A stretch of DNA of 64,000 bases from Verrucomicrobiia bacterium (GTDB lineage Bacteria > Verrucomicrobiota > Verrucomicrobiia > CAIQCK01): positions 1 to 64,000 of the forward strand of contig JBAYFL010000008.1 of assembly GCA_041667205.1 (NCBI GenBank), read 5' to 3'. The position numbers were made by a program, and so were the translations under genes. Shown here in pieces: positions 8,886 through 18,925 of the stretch. Under the pieces are notes generated by a model. That model made no database searches, had not been told where the DNA came from, and worked only from the letters and a program-made list of their open reading frames with translations. The first letter of the stretch is position 1. Every line of letters begins with the position of its first letter.

Positions 8886-10160
8886 CTACAACTGTTTTAG
8901 TTCCCGCTCGATGCCCTTCGCGTCCTTCGTCGGGCCGATCACGGCCAAGCGCAGGCGCGACGCGCGAAACAGATCGCGGGCGATGGCGTGGACTTCCGAC
9001 GCCGTGACTTGTTGGACGCGGTTCACCACCTCGTCCGGTTCAAATATCTTCCGGAAGCCGAGCAGGTGTTCGCCGGCCCACATCATTTGGTTGCTCGTGC
9101 TCTCCAGAGCGAGCCGCATCTGGCCGATGGCGTAGTCCTTGGCGCGACGCACCTCGCCGATTGACGGCGGCTTGGCGGCGGCGCGGGCCAGTTCGCGCAC
9201 TGTCAGCCGCAGCGCCTTTGTAAGCCGCTTGTTGTCGAGGCCGGCTGAGACGATCATCGCGCCGGCGTCGGCGAAGTAGTTGAGCGAACTCTGGATGGAA
9301 TACGCCAGGCCGTGCCGCTCGCGCACCACCTGGAACAGCCGGCTGCTCATGTTCTCGCCGAAGATCACGTTGAGCAGCTTCAGCGCATAGCGCCGGTCGT
9401 CGGAACGGGAGAAGCTGTGCAGGCCGAGCGCCAGGTGGCTCTGCTCGGTCTCCTTGGTCATCAGCCGCACGACGGGGCCGCGTCCGCCCATGCGCGCGGA
9501 CAGGAACCGGTTGCTCCGGCCTTGGCGGATGCGCTTCGCCAACGGCCGCACCGCCTCCAGCAAGCGCGCGTGCTCCAGCGGGCCAGCGGCGGCAATGATC
9601 GTGTTGTTGCCGACGTAGTGCCGCGCCTTGTAGTCGAGCAGGTCGCGGCGCGAGATGGCGTCCATGGTCTTGAGCGTGCCGGTCAGCGACTTGCCCAACG
9701 GCTGGCGCGGCCAGAGCGTCTCGTTCAGAATCTCGTGCACGTGCTGGTCCGGCCGGTCCAGATACATCTGGATTTCTTCCTTGATGACACCGCGTTCCTT
9801 CTCCAGTTCGGCCGCGTCGAACCGCGGCTCCAGATAGATGTCCATCAATACGTCGAGGAGCAGGTCGAGTTTGTCGGCGCTGGCCTTGGCGAAGTAGCAG
9901 GTGTGTTCCTCGCTGGTGAAGGCGTTGAGGTAGCCGCCGATGCCCTCGACCTCCTGGCTGATCTGCTTCGCGCTGCGGCGGCGCGTGCCTTTGAAGAGCA
10001 TGTGCTCGATGAAATGGCTGACGCCGCAAATCCGCGCCGGTTCGTGCCGGCCGCCGACGGCAACCCAGACGCCGAGCGCAACGCTTTGCATCGAGGGCAT
10101 CTCGGCGGTGGCGACCAACAGGGAGTTGTCGAGGCGCGTGACGTGGTAGCGGGCGATCAT
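8886..10160 (-). CDS. M16 family zinc metallopeptidase (insulinase/pitrilysin-like)
   Basis: Inverted zincin motif HFIEHMLFKGT near the N-terminus. Start placed at the internal ATG at 10160 (MIARYHVTRL...). Both halves of the M16 fold are present. Confidence 0.82.
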   Translation of the reverse strand: MIARYHVTRLDNSLLVATAEMPSMQSVALGVWVAVGGRHEPARICGVSHFIEHMLFKGTRRRSAKQISQEVEGIGGYLNAFTSEEHTCYFAKASADKLDLLLDVLMDIYLEPRFDAAELEKERGVIKEEIQMYLDRPDQHVHEILNETLWPRQPLGKSLTGTLKTMDAISRRDLLDYKARHYVGNNTIIAAAGPLEHARLLEAVRPLAKRIRQGRSNRFLSARMGGRGPVVRLMTKETEQSHLALGLHSFSRSDDRRYALKLLNVIFGENMSSRLFQVVRERHGLAYSIQSSLNYFADAGAMIVSAGLDNKRLTKALRLTVRELARAAAKPPSIGEVRRAKDYAIGQMRLALESTSNQMMWAGEHLLGFRKIFEPDEVVNRVQQVTASEVHAIARDLFRASRLRLAVIGPTKDAKGIERELKQL

Positions 10161-10834
10161 GTCATTTTCTTTCGCTCTGCCGCGTCGTGCTGCGCACGCC
10201 AATGCCGGATGTGCTCGACCGCCTCTTTCGGCTCGTCCACGCAGATGAAGATGTCGAGGTCCTCTGGCGAGATGCACTTCGATTTCAGCATCGTCTGCCG
10301 CATCCAGTCGAGCAGGCCACGCCAGTAATCGCGCCCGATCATGACGACGGGAAACCGCTCGATGCGATGCGTCTGGACCAGCGTGATGGCCTCGAAATAC
10401 TCATCCAGCGTGCCGAAACCACCGGGGAAAAGCACGAACGCGTTGGCGTATTTCACGAAACAGACCTTGCGCGTGAAGAAATACCGGAAATCGAGCGGAT
10501 GGTTGATGTAAGGGTTCGGCTTCTGTTCCGACGGCAACTGGATGTTCAGTCCCACGGAAACGCCGCCGGCTTCGCTCGCACCTTTGTTGGCCGCTTCCAT
10601 GATGCCCGGCCCGCCGCCAGTAATGACCGCGAAGCCGCTCTCCACCAACAGCCGTCCGGTCTGCGTGGCTTTGCGATACATCGGATCATTGCGCTTCGTG
10701 CGCGCCGAGCCGAACACCGTCACCGCCGGCCCTATTTTGCTCATGGACTCAAACGAGTCCACGAACTCCGCCATGATGCGGAAAATTCGCCATGGATCAT
10801 CCCGCGTAAAATCTGGTATCGAGGCGCCAAGCAT
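10157..10834 (-). CDS. LOG family protein (TIGR00730, cytokinin riboside 5'-monophosphate phosphoribohydrolase-like)
   Basis: VTVFGSARTK...ITGGGPGIMEAANKGA...PGGFGTLDE motifs. Its stop overlaps the M16 start by 4 nt. Confidence 0.85.
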   Translation of the reverse strand: MLGASIPDFTRDDPWRIFRIMAEFVDSFESMSKIGPAVTVFGSARTKRNDPMYRKATQTGRLLVESGFAVITGGGPGIMEAANKGASEAGGVSVGLNIQLPSEQKPNPYINHPLDFRYFFTRKVCFVKYANAFVLFPGGFGTLDEYFEAITLVQTHRIERFPVVMIGRDYWRGLLDWMRQTMLKSKCISPEDLDIFICVDEPKEAVEHIRHWRAQHDAAERKKMT

Positions 10835-10933
10835 AAGTAAGCCGCCGCAATGTATCGGCCCCGCCGCAGCATGTCAACGAAACGGGCGAGAAACAGGCTA
10901 TAAGGTTCCTGGTCGAGGCGGTGGCTGAAACAC

Positions 10934-11350
10934 TCAACCGGCCTGCTCGCGCGTCTCCATGCGTAGCAGCCAGACGCTCATCGCCAGCACCGCCATCTCC
11001 ACCACCAGCGTTGTCACGCCGAGCCGTCCGCTGAGCGGCCCGAAACAGCCGCACTCCGGCGACAAGCCGCGCGCCAGCGTCACCACGCCCGCCGCCAGAA
11101 AAACCACCGACATGCCCACCATCAGCGCCAGCGCGCCGGTGCGCCACCGCCCGATGACCGCCAGCACGCCGGCGACGACCTCCCACCACGGCAACAACAC
11201 CGCCACCGTCGGCACGAGCGCGTCCGGCAGCAGATCGTAGTCGGTGATGGCGCGGGCGAACGCAATCGGATCGGCGATCTTCAGCGCGCCCGCAACGATG
11301 TAGATGCCGCCGAGCAACCACAGCGCCACACGTGCCGCGAGAGTTTTCAT
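10934..11350 (-). CDS. MauE/DoxX-like membrane protein
   Basis: Four TM helices with a CGCFG motif in the last third, as in the MauE methylamine-utilisation family. It is the last gene downstream of the kinase operon. Confidence 0.55.
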   Translation of the reverse strand: MKTLAARVALWLLGGIYIVAGALKIADPIAFARAITDYDLLPDALVPTVAVLLPWWEVVAGVLAVIGRWRTGALALMVGMSVVFLAAGVVTLARGLSPECGCFGPLSGRLGVTTLVVEMAVLAMSVWLLRMETREQAG

Positions 11351-11409
11351 TTCGTGGCGCATTTCCGTGTTCGAGAAACACCCCTCGGAGTCGTTGTTTC
11401 GCCTCCAAC

Positions 11410-12546
11410 TCAACCCGGCGGCAGGGTGAACCAGAAGGTGCTGCCTTTGCCGACTTCGCTCTCGAGGCCGATCTGGCCGCCGTGGGTTTCGACGGCAAGT
11501 TTGCAGAAGGTCAGGCCCAGGCCGGTGGAGTGGCGGCGCGCTTCCTTGTCCACCTGGCCGAACTTCTCGAAAACCTTCTTATGATGCTCGGCCGGGATGC
11601 CGGGACCGGTGTCGGTCACGGCCACGCGCGCCATCGAGTCCTTGCGGCTGATGGTGACGGTGATCCGTCCGCCGTCGGGAGTGAACTTGACGGCGTTGCC
11701 AATGAGATTGGCGATGATCCGCTGGAGGACGTCTTTGTCGGCATGGACGCTGAGCGCGCCGGACTGAGACTCGATGCTGAGGCAGCGCTGGCCTTTGAGG
11801 ATGCTGAAGGTGTCCACGACGTCCTTGGCGATGGCGGCCACGTCGCACGCCTGGCGGTTCAGCGGCATCTCGCCGGCTTCCATGCGGCTGACATCCAACA
11901 GGGTGGTGACCATGTCGAGGAGCTTGGCGGTGTGTTTGCCGAGGATGTCAATGTAGCCGACTTCCGACGCGTTGAGCTTGGCGGCGACCTTGACTTTGAT
12001 GAGATCCACATAGCCCGCCATCATCGCCAGCGGCGAACGCAGATCGTGGACGACGAGGTGAACGAGGTTGTCGCGGAGGGTTTCGAGTTCGCGGAGGCGC
12101 TCGTAGTTTTCCTTGAGTTGGCGGTTCTGGCATTCGAGTTCCTTCTGGAGCTGCCGGAGCTTGAGGTGGGTCTCGACGCGGGCGTGGACTTCCTCGAACT
12201 GGAACGGCTTGGTGACGTAGTCCACGCCGCCGAGGCCGAACGCCTTGACCTTGTCCATGGTCTCGTTCAAGGCGCTGATGAAGATGACGGGAATGGAGGC
12301 GAGCTGCGGATCGGCTTTGAGGCGCTTGCAGACTTCGTAGCCGTTGATCTCCGGCATGTTGATGTCGAGGAGGATGAGGTCAGGCGGGTCGCTCTTGGCG
12401 GCCCGGAGGGCCATCTCGCCGCTGGGAACGGGACGGGCCTTGTAGCCGCGGCCTTTGAGCATGCCGTTGAGCAGTTGCAGGTTCTCCGGGGTGTCGTCCA
12501 CGACCAGGATGCTGGGGGTGGCGGCAGGAGTCGGTGTGGGTTGCAT
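11410..12546 (-). CDS. hybrid response regulator-histidine kinase (REC-HisKA-HATPase)
   Basis: N-terminal receiver (ILVVDDTPENL...DLILLDINMP...KPF), coiled coil, H-box VHDLRSPLA, and N/G boxes ([20 protein letters not shown]). Confidence 0.85.
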   Translation of the reverse strand: MQPTPTPAATPSILVVDDTPENLQLLNGMLKGRGYKARPVPSGEMALRAAKSDPPDLILLDINMPEINGYEVCKRLKADPQLASIPVIFISALNETMDKVKAFGLGGVDYVTKPFQFEEVHARVETHLKLRQLQKELECQNRQLKENYERLRELETLRDNLVHLVVHDLRSPLAMMAGYVDLIKVKVAAKLNASEVGYIDILGKHTAKLLDMVTTLLDVSRMEAGEMPLNRQACDVAAIAKDVVDTFSILKGQRCLSIESQSGALSVHADKDVLQRIIANLIGNAVKFTPDGGRITVTISRKDSMARVAVTDTGPGIPAEHHKKVFEKFGQVDKEARRHSTGLGLTFCKLAVETHGGQIGLESEVGKGSTFWFTLPPG

Positions 12547-12552
12547 GGTTTG

Positions 12553-14133
12553 TCAGGGCGCTTCCGGCTGCAGGAGATGCAGCAGCCGTTTGTAATCGAA
12601 CCGTTCCATCAACTGCCGCAACGCCCGCGCGAGCGCGGGATCACGCGGCTCAATGCGGGCGATGAGTTCCAGCAGGTGGTCGAGGTCGGCGTTGATGGCG
12701 GCGCGGCGCATCGCGTCCGTCAGGTCGCGTGGCAGGGCCGCCAACGCGGTGCGTTCGATCTTGGTGGTGGCGCTGGCGGGCGAGGGCGCGATGGTTTCGC
12801 CGGCATAGACATATTTCACGCTGAGGAATTCCCGGATGGTTTCCAGCAGCCGGCCCTCGCGGTAGGGTTTGATGATGAAATCGTCGGCGCCGGCGGCGAG
12901 GATGGCGTTGCGGCTCTCCTGGAAGGCGCTGGCGGTAACAACGATGATCCTGACCGGCGGGGCGTCGGGGCGGGAACGGATGCGGCGAATGACTTCGTAA
13001 CCGTCCACGACCGGCATGCGCAGGTCGAGGAGGATGAGGTCGGGGCGCCACTGCTCGTATAGACGCAGCGCCTCTTCGCCATCGGTGGCTTCCGACGTTT
13101 CAAACCCGACGGTTTTGAGCAGAGTGCGGAGCAGAGTGCGGTTGTCCTCAACGTCATCCGCAATGAGCACTCGATATGTGCGCTGACCCGGCTCCAGCCT
13201 CAGCACGTGACGCAGCTCAGTCTTCTGCGCAACCGCGGACGATTCGCCTTTGGCAATGGCAACATCGAACCGAAAAACGCTGCCTTTGCCGGTCTGGCTG
13301 GTCACGGTGATGTCGCCGCCCATGAGCCGGACGAACTCCCGGCTGATGGCCAGACCCAGGCCCGTGCCGCTGCCGGCGTGGCGTCCGGCGCGGGTCTGCT
13401 CGAACGGGTCGAACAGCCGCTCCATTTCCTCCGGCGCGATGCCCGGCCCGGTGTCCTCGACTTCGATTTTCAGGCGCAGGACGTTGCCTTCCATCGCCTG
13501 CGTCTGCGCACGCAGCGTGATGCCACCTTTATCGGTGAATTTTACGGCGTTGCCCATGAGGTTGATGATCACCTGACGCAGCTTGCTCTCATCGGTGACC
13601 ACGTAACGCGACACCTCGCCGACGCGCTCGATGGAGAAGCACAGTTGTTTGTCGTCGGTCCGCAGGCGGAACATCATCTCCACGTCGTGCAGAAACGCGT
13701 GCAAGTCGAAGGTCGTCGGGTTCAACGTCGTGCGACCGGCTTCGATCCGGGAGACTTCGAGGATGTCGTTGATGAGCGCCAGCAGGTGCTCGCCGCTGCG
13801 GTTGATGGTGTCGAGGTGCTGCCGCTGTTGCGGCGTGAGGACCGGATCGCGCTGCATCAACTGCGAAAAGCCGAGGATGGCGTTCATCGGCGTGCGGATC
13901 TCGTGCGACATGTTCGCCAGGAACACGCTCTTGGCGCGATTGGCCGCCTCGGCGGAGCGCTTGGCATCCTCGAGCTGCTGGATGGATTCCTCCAGCTTCT
14001 TCAGAGCTTTCTCGGCACGCTGCCGCTGGGTGTCGGCGTCCTGCATCATACTCAAAGCGATCCGGCGGGACTTCTCCGGGTCGCTTGAGCGGTCGTCGAG
14101 CCGCCGATCCATATTGTTAACGTTGGAAAGCAT
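12553..14133 (-). CDS. hybrid sensor histidine kinase/response regulator (HisKA-HATPase-REC)
   Basis: Coiled coil, then H-box [13 protein letters not shown] boxes, and a C-terminal receiver ([11 protein letters not shown]...[10 protein letters not shown]). Confidence 0.85.
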   Translation of the reverse strand: MLSNVNNMDRRLDDRSSDPEKSRRIALSMMQDADTQRQRAEKALKKLEESIQQLEDAKRSAEAANRAKSVFLANMSHEIRTPMNAILGFSQLMQRDPVLTPQQRQHLDTINRSGEHLLALINDILEVSRIEAGRTTLNPTTFDLHAFLHDVEMMFRLRTDDKQLCFSIERVGEVSRYVVTDESKLRQVIINLMGNAVKFTDKGGITLRAQTQAMEGNVLRLKIEVEDTGPGIAPEEMERLFDPFEQTRAGRHAGSGTGLGLAISREFVRLMGGDITVTSQTGKGSVFRFDVAIAKGESSAVAQKTELRHVLRLEPGQRTYRVLIADDVEDNRTLLRTLLKTVGFETSEATDGEEALRLYEQWRPDLILLDLRMPVVDGYEVIRRIRSRPDAPPVRIIVVTASAFQESRNAILAAGADDFIIKPYREGRLLETIREFLSVKYVYAGETIAPSPASATTKIERTALAALPRDLTDAMRRAAINADLDHLLELIARIEPRDPALARALRQLMERFDYKRLLHLLQPEAP

Positions 14134-14148
14134 CGCGTCTCCGCTGGG

Positions 14149-15132
14149 TCACACCTTGCCGGGGCTGCTGGGCGCGCCGGCGGCGGGATTGTCGCGCCGC
14201 CAGACCGGAGGATAGGTGGGCGGACGGTTCAACTCACCGCAAAGCCGGTTCACTTCCTCCTTCAACTCGATCACACGCTCCTCGCGTCCGATCATGGCCC
14301 TGTAGAACGCTTCCAGTTCGGCGGTGCGCTCCTTGACCATTTCTTCGAGGTGATCGCGGTGCTGATTCAACTCATCCTCCGTCCGCTTGCGCTCCGTGAT
14401 GTCCTCAGCCACGGTGAGGATGCATCGCTCTCCACCAAACTCGATCATTTCCGCCGACAATCGCGCGACGTGCGGCTCGGCACGCTTGGAGCGGAAGCGA
14501 GCTTCCACATCGCGATAGCTTCCTTCAGTGATGAGTTTCCGGAAAGCCTGCTCCAGTTCCTGCGGATTGGCCCACAACTCTATTTCCGAGGTCGTCTGCC
14601 CGACCACTTCGTCGCGGCTGTAGCCGGTGTATTGCTCGAACGCCTTGTTGACCTCGATATACCGCCGGTCTTTGAGCGAGACGATGGTCATGATCGTCGG
14701 GCTGGCTTGGAACGCCTTGGAGAATTTCTCCTCGGACTTTTGCAGTTTCCCCTCCGCCTGATGTTTGTAGAGCGCCATCTCGATGACCGTCTTCAGTTCG
14801 CGGTCTTCGAACGGTTTGAGGATGTAACCGAACGGCTCCGTCACCTTCGCGCGCTGCAACGTCGTGTCGTCCGCGTAAGCCGTCAGATACACCACCGGCA
14901 AGTGCCACCGCTGGCGGACCTGCTGCGCGGCTTCGATGCCGTCCATCGCGCCCTCCAGCCGTATGTCCATCAGCACGAGGTCAGGCAGCAGTTGGCCGGC
15001 CAGCGTCAGCGCCTTCTCGCCACTGGGCGCCGAGCCGACCACCTGGCAGCCGAGCAGGTCCAGACGCACTTTCAGGTCGGCAGCCACGATCGGCTCGTCT
15101 TCAACAACTAGAATCCGGGGGTGACTATTCAT
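14149..15132 (-). CDS. response regulator with REC + PAS domains
   Basis: Receiver ILVVEDEPIVAADLK...LVLMDIRLEG...ILKPF, followed by a PAS/PAC region and a Pro-rich tail. It is the near-identical paralog of the N-terminus of the 21957..23087 gene. Confidence 0.8.
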   Translation of the reverse strand: MNSHPRILVVEDEPIVAADLKVRLDLLGCQVVGSAPSGEKALTLAGQLLPDLVLMDIRLEGAMDGIEAAQQVRQRWHLPVVYLTAYADDTTLQRAKVTEPFGYILKPFEDRELKTVIEMALYKHQAEGKLQKSEEKFSKAFQASPTIMTIVSLKDRRYIEVNKAFEQYTGYSRDEVVGQTTSEIELWANPQELEQAFRKLITEGSYRDVEARFRSKRAEPHVARLSAEMIEFGGERCILTVAEDITERKRTEDELNQHRDHLEEMVKERTAELEAFYRAMIGREERVIELKEEVNRLCGELNRPPTYPPVWRRDNPAAGAPSSPGKV

Positions 15133-15137
15133 AAATG

Positions 15138-18100
15138 TTACTCTCCCTGCTTGGCTTGAAACGCAATGTGAAAGGCAACGCCATGGTCTCGTGTAATCTC
15201 AACAGCACCACGCAACTTCTCCACCAACATGAACACCAACTGATGACCCAAGGTTCCGGTCTGGTGAACGTCCAACCCTGACGGCAGGCCCACGCCATCG
15301 TCGGCAACCCTCATAACGATCTGTTCCTGCGGCGTCGTCCGCAACTCGACTTCGATTCGCCCCGCCCGCCCGCCGGGAAACCCGTGTTTGAGCGCGTTGG
15401 AAACCAGTTCGTTGATGATGAGGCCGCACGAAACCGCGCGGTCCAGGTCAATGGCAACATCCTCCAGATGCGGCTCCAGCTTGATGTGCGCGGTCTTCGG
15501 TCCGTAGGAACGGAAGAGATGGCTGCAAATATTCTCGATGTAGTTGGCGAAATTCACGTGCGCCAGGTTCTGCGACCGGTAGAGCGTTTCATGCAACAGG
15601 GCCATGGAACGGACACGATTACCGGTTTCTTGCAAAGTGTCGAGCGCCGCTGTGTTCTTGGTGCGGACTGACTGGAGGCTCAGGAGGCTGATCACGATCT
15701 GGAGGTTGTTCTTCACGCGGTGGTGCACTTCCTTGAGGAGAACGGTTTTCTCCTCGAGGGAGGCCCGAATCTCCTCCTCCGCCCGTTTGTGGGCGGTGAT
15801 GTCGCGTGAAACGCCGACGAGACCGGTAATTTTCCCCGTCTTGTCACGCAACGGCACTTTGGTGGTGGACACCCAAGTCACACGGCCGTCCGGCCAGATT
15901 TCCTTTTCCTCCTTGCCCACCATGGACTCGCCCCGGGCTATCACGCGGCGTTCATCCTCAAGCGCCCCGCGCGCGTGCTCTGGCGCGAAGAAATCGGCAT
16001 CCGTCTTGCCCACGGCTTCGCTCGGATTGCGAAGGCCGAACGACCGGCTCATGGCCTCGTTGATCCGCACGAAGCGGCACTCCAAGTCCTTAAAGTAAAT
16101 GTTGTCGGGGATGGTCGTGATCAGGCTGTTGAGAAGGCTTCGTTCCTGTGCCAGCCCTGCCTCCACCCGCTTGCGTTCTGTGATGTCCTGAACCATCACA
16201 AGGTAATACATCGCCCGTCCTTGCTTGTCACGAATGACCGTGGCCACAGCCGAGCACCACACAATTTCCTTGTCCTTCCGGATGTAGCGCTCCTCTGTGC
16301 GATACACCGGAATATCTCCACGCAGGAGCTTCTCGACAGATTCCACGTCCTGTTTGAGGTGCTCTGGATGGGTAATATCCTTGGCGGTAAAGGAGGTAAG
16401 TTCTTCCTCGGTATAACCCAACATTTCGCAGAACGCGGCGTTGGCCTGGATATAGCGAAAATCCGCGCCCACAATGGCCATGCCGCTCGGGCCTTCTTCG
16501 AAGATCTGGCGGAAGCGTTCCTCGCTTTCGCGCAGCTTCTCTTCCGCGTGCTTGCGCTCGCTGATGTCCCGGCAGTCGGAGAGAATGGTTGGCTTGCCGT
16601 TGAGTTCGAACATGTCGGCGCTGATTTCGACCGGGATTCTCCGTCCGTCCTTGGCAACATGCACTCCTTCCCACAGGGCGTGCTTCTTCTCCTTGAGTTT
16701 CTCCATGATCGCAGGGACGAGAGGAATAAATTCGGGAGTGTCAATGTCGGAAAGGTTCTTCTGGACAAGCTCCTCGCGGCTGTAGCCCAGGCGCTGGCAG
16801 GCCACGTCGTTGACTTCGATGATTCTGCCTGGCAATCCATTGTCCCCCGGTCCCTCGGCGACAAACACCGCGTCATAGCTGCTGTTGAAGAGCAAACGGT
16901 ATCGCTCTTCGCTGGTCCGCAGCGCTTCCTCTGCCAGCTTGCGCCCGGTCACATCCCGGAAGCTCCACACCCGTCCCACCGGCCGGCCCTCGATGCATTG
17001 CGGCAGGGAATAGCGTTCAAAAACCCTGCCATCCTTGAATTCCAGCACGTCAAACCCGGTGACCTCAGGATGGGCATAGAGCTTCTGCACTTTGGCGATG
17101 AAGCCTTCCGGGTCTTTCAGTTGACCCAACATCAATTGGATCGCCTGTTGATCGCGGCCGGCAGTCATCAGATCGCGGTTTCTCCACTCAGGGATGAGAT
17201 CCTTTGGAACCCGCCACATACGGATGAACCGCTCGTTAAAATCCACAATCCGCCCTTGGGGATCCACCACCAAAATCCCGTCTGCTGTGGATTCCAAGGT
17301 GGCTTGCAGGAGCGAAACGGAATGACTGAGCGCCTGCTCTCGCTGCTTGCGCTCGGTGATGTCGCGGGCGATGTGGACGCTCCCGATGAGTTTCCCTTCC
17401 GAATCGCGCAGGGGCGAAACCGTTTCGAGGAAATCACCGCTCAGCCGACTCTCATGAGTTTCTGCGGAGTGCTCAAGACCATCCGCAAGCAATAGCCGGT
17501 GCGGGCAGAACTCCGGCGGATCGTCCACCCCATGGACAAGCGAATGGCACGTCTGCCCGATGCATTTGTTCAGCGTCAGGCCCAACTTGGCCGCCATGGA
17601 CCTGTTGGCGCGAACAATCCGATACTCGTTGTCGAGGATCGCGACAAGGTCCGGCACCGCGTCGAACGTCCGTTCCCAATCCTCTTTGGCTTGAAGGATG
17701 TCGTGTTCCGCCCGCTTTCGCTCGGTGATGTCGCGCGCAATGCTGGACGCGCCCACGATCTCGCCCGCAGCATTCCTGATCGGCGAGATGGTGACGGACA
17801 CGTCAATGATTTTCCCGTCCTTCTTCCGTCGCTTGGTCTCCAGGTGGGTGACGACCTCTCCGCGCTTGATCTTGTCCAGTATCTGCGGCAGTTCGTTGGG
17901 CCGGTCCGCCGGGACCAAAACGGAAAGGGGACATCCGACGATCTCCGCCGCCGCGTAACCGTAGAGCTTCTCCGCTCCCGGATTCCAATTCACGACAACG
18001 CCGTCAAGGGTTTTGCCAACGATGGCGTCTTCCGACGACTCGACGATGGCCGCCAGTCGCGAGATGACTCCTTCGGCCACCCGGCGTCCCCGCCGCATCT

Positions 18101-18473
18101 GCGCCTCCCGTATTTCCCGCTCCACGGCGGGCACGAGGCGGGCCAGATTGCTCTTCATCAGATAGTCGTGCGCGCCCGCCTTCATCATCGTCACGGCGGT
18201 GTCTTCACCAATGGCGCCGGAAACAATCAGAAACGGGATGTCCAGTTCGGCCTTTTGCAACAACGCGAGCGCGGAAGGAGCGTCAAACTGCGGCAGGGAA
18301 TAGTCGCAGATGATGACGTCCCACGATTGCCTGACCAGTGCTGTCTTCATCCCGGCAGCGTCTTCGACCCGTTCCGAACGAACTTCGTAGCCCGCCTTCT
18401 GCAACTTGCGAACCACCAAGTCCGCGTCGCTCTCCGAGTCTTCGATCATCAAGAGGCCGAGCGGCTTGGTCAT
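15138..18473 (-). CDS. multi-PAS sensor histidine kinase with N-terminal receiver (REC-PASn-HisKA_2/HWE-type-HATPase)
   Basis: Start taken at the internal ATG at 18473 (MTKPLGLLMIEDSESD), which gives an ATGA overlap with the upstream response regulator. There are several PAS/PAC repeats. The H-box is HHRVKNNLQIVISLLSLQ (HisKA_2-type) and the C-terminal ATPase is HWE/HATPase_c_2-like. Confidence 0.82.
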   Translation of the reverse strand: MTKPLGLLMIEDSESDADLVVRKLQKAGYEVRSERVEDAAGMKTALVRQSWDVIICDYSLPQFDAPSALALLQKAELDIPFLIVSGAIGEDTAVTMMKAGAHDYLMKSNLARLVPAVEREIREAQMRRGRRVAEGVISRLAAIVESSEDAIVGKTLDGVVVNWNPGAEKLYGYAAAEIVGCPLSVLVPADRPNELPQILDKIKRGEVVTHLETKRRKKDGKIIDVSVTISPIRNAAGEIVGASSIARDITERKRAEHDILQAKEDWERTFDAVPDLVAILDNEYRIVRANRSMAAKLGLTLNKCIGQTCHSLVHGVDDPPEFCPHRLLLADGLEHSAETHESRLSGDFLETVSPLRDSEGKLIGSVHIARDITERKQREQALSHSVSLLQATLESTADGILVVDPQGRIVDFNERFIRMWRVPKDLIPEWRNRDLMTAGRDQQAIQLMLGQLKDPEGFIAKVQKLYAHPEVTGFDVLEFKDGRVFERYSLPQCIEGRPVGRVWSFRDVTGRKLAEEALRTSEERYRLLFNSSYDAVFVAEGPGDNGLPGRIIEVNDVACQRLGYSREELVQKNLSDIDTPEFIPLVPAIMEKLKEKKHALWEGVHVAKDGRRIPVEISADMFELNGKPTILSDCRDISERKHAEEKLRESEERFRQIFEEGPSGMAIVGADFRYIQANAAFCEMLGYTEEELTSFTAKDITHPEHLKQDVESVEKLLRGDIPVYRTEERYIRKDKEIVWCSAVATVIRDKQGRAMYYLVMVQDITERKRVEAGLAQERSLLNSLITTIPDNIYFKDLECRFVRINEAMSRSFGLRNPSEAVGKTDADFFAPEHARGALEDERRVIARGESMVGKEEKEIWPDGRVTWVSTTKVPLRDKTGKITGLVGVSRDITAHKRAEEEIRASLEEKTVLLKEVHHRVKNNLQIVISLLSLQSVRTKNTAALDTLQETGNRVRSMALLHETLYRSQNLAHVNFANYIENICSHLFRSYGPKTAHIKLEPHLEDVAIDLDRAVSCGLIINELVSNALKHGFPGGRAGRIEVELRTTPQEQIVMRVADDGVGLPSGLDVHQTGTLGHQLVFMLVEKLRGAVEITRDHGVAFHIAFQAKQGE

Positions 18474-18925
18474 TGCGACCTCACTTTCGGCGGCGGCTCG
18501 TTCAAGCCCTGCCAATACGCGCCCAACAGTTTGATGGCGGCGTCGAACTGCACAAAATCCACCTGTTTGCGGATGTAGCTGTTGACGCCGAGATCGTAGG
18601 CGGCCGCCACATCCTGTTCTTCCTTCGAGGAGGTGAGGATGATCACGAGCAGACGGCGGGTGCGCTTGTTGGCGCGGACCCGGCGCAAGACCTCCAAGCC
18701 GTCCACTTTGGGCAGCTTGAGATCGAGCAAGATCAGGACGGGCAGTTGGGACACGTCACGCCCAGCGTGCATGCCGCCTCCGAACAGGTAATCCAGCGCC
18801 TCCTGGCCATCCTCGACCACCACGAGTTTGCTGGTGATGCAAGCCCGTTGCAGCGCCCGCTGGGTCAGAGCGACATCGCTCGGATTATCTTCGACAAGCA
18901 AGATGGTTTCTGACGTATCACTCAT
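18470..18925 (-). CDS. single-domain response regulator (CheY-like receiver)
   Basis: 151 aa: ILLVEDNPSDVAL...LILLDLKLPKVDGLEVL...KPVDF. ATGA overlaps at both ends. Confidence 0.85.
   Translation of the reverse strand: MSDTSETILLVEDNPSDVALTQRALQRACITSKLVVVEDGQEALDYLFGGGMHAGRDVSQLPVLILLDLKLPKVDGLEVLRRVRANKRTRRLLVIILTSSKEEQDVAAAYDLGVNSYIRKQVDFVQFDAAIKLLGAYWQGLNEPPPKVRSQ

Noticed and set aside
8246-9007. 253-aa + strand ORF spanning the 21-bp repeat array (translating it as IFFRTGV heptads)
   Set aside because: It starts inside the ArsR-like gene on the opposite strand and runs into the peptidase gene. It is more parsimonious as a DNA repeat, but kept as a caveat in the finding.
9040-10029. 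329-aa minus-strand ORF in an alternate frame inside the M16 peptidase
   Set aside because: R/P/G-rich junk frame. The M16 frame carries the HxxEH motif.
10797-11498. 233-aa minus ORF overlapping the MauE-like gene in another frame
   Set aside because: R/A/G-rich, with no TM pattern. The MauE frame has four clean TM helices and the CGCFG motif.
11332-13062. 576-aa + ORF antisense to two hybrid kinases
   Set aside because: No motifs, and antisense to clear kinase H/N/G boxes.
15975-17495. 506-aa + ORF antisense to the PAS kinase
   Set aside because: High-GC antisense artefact.
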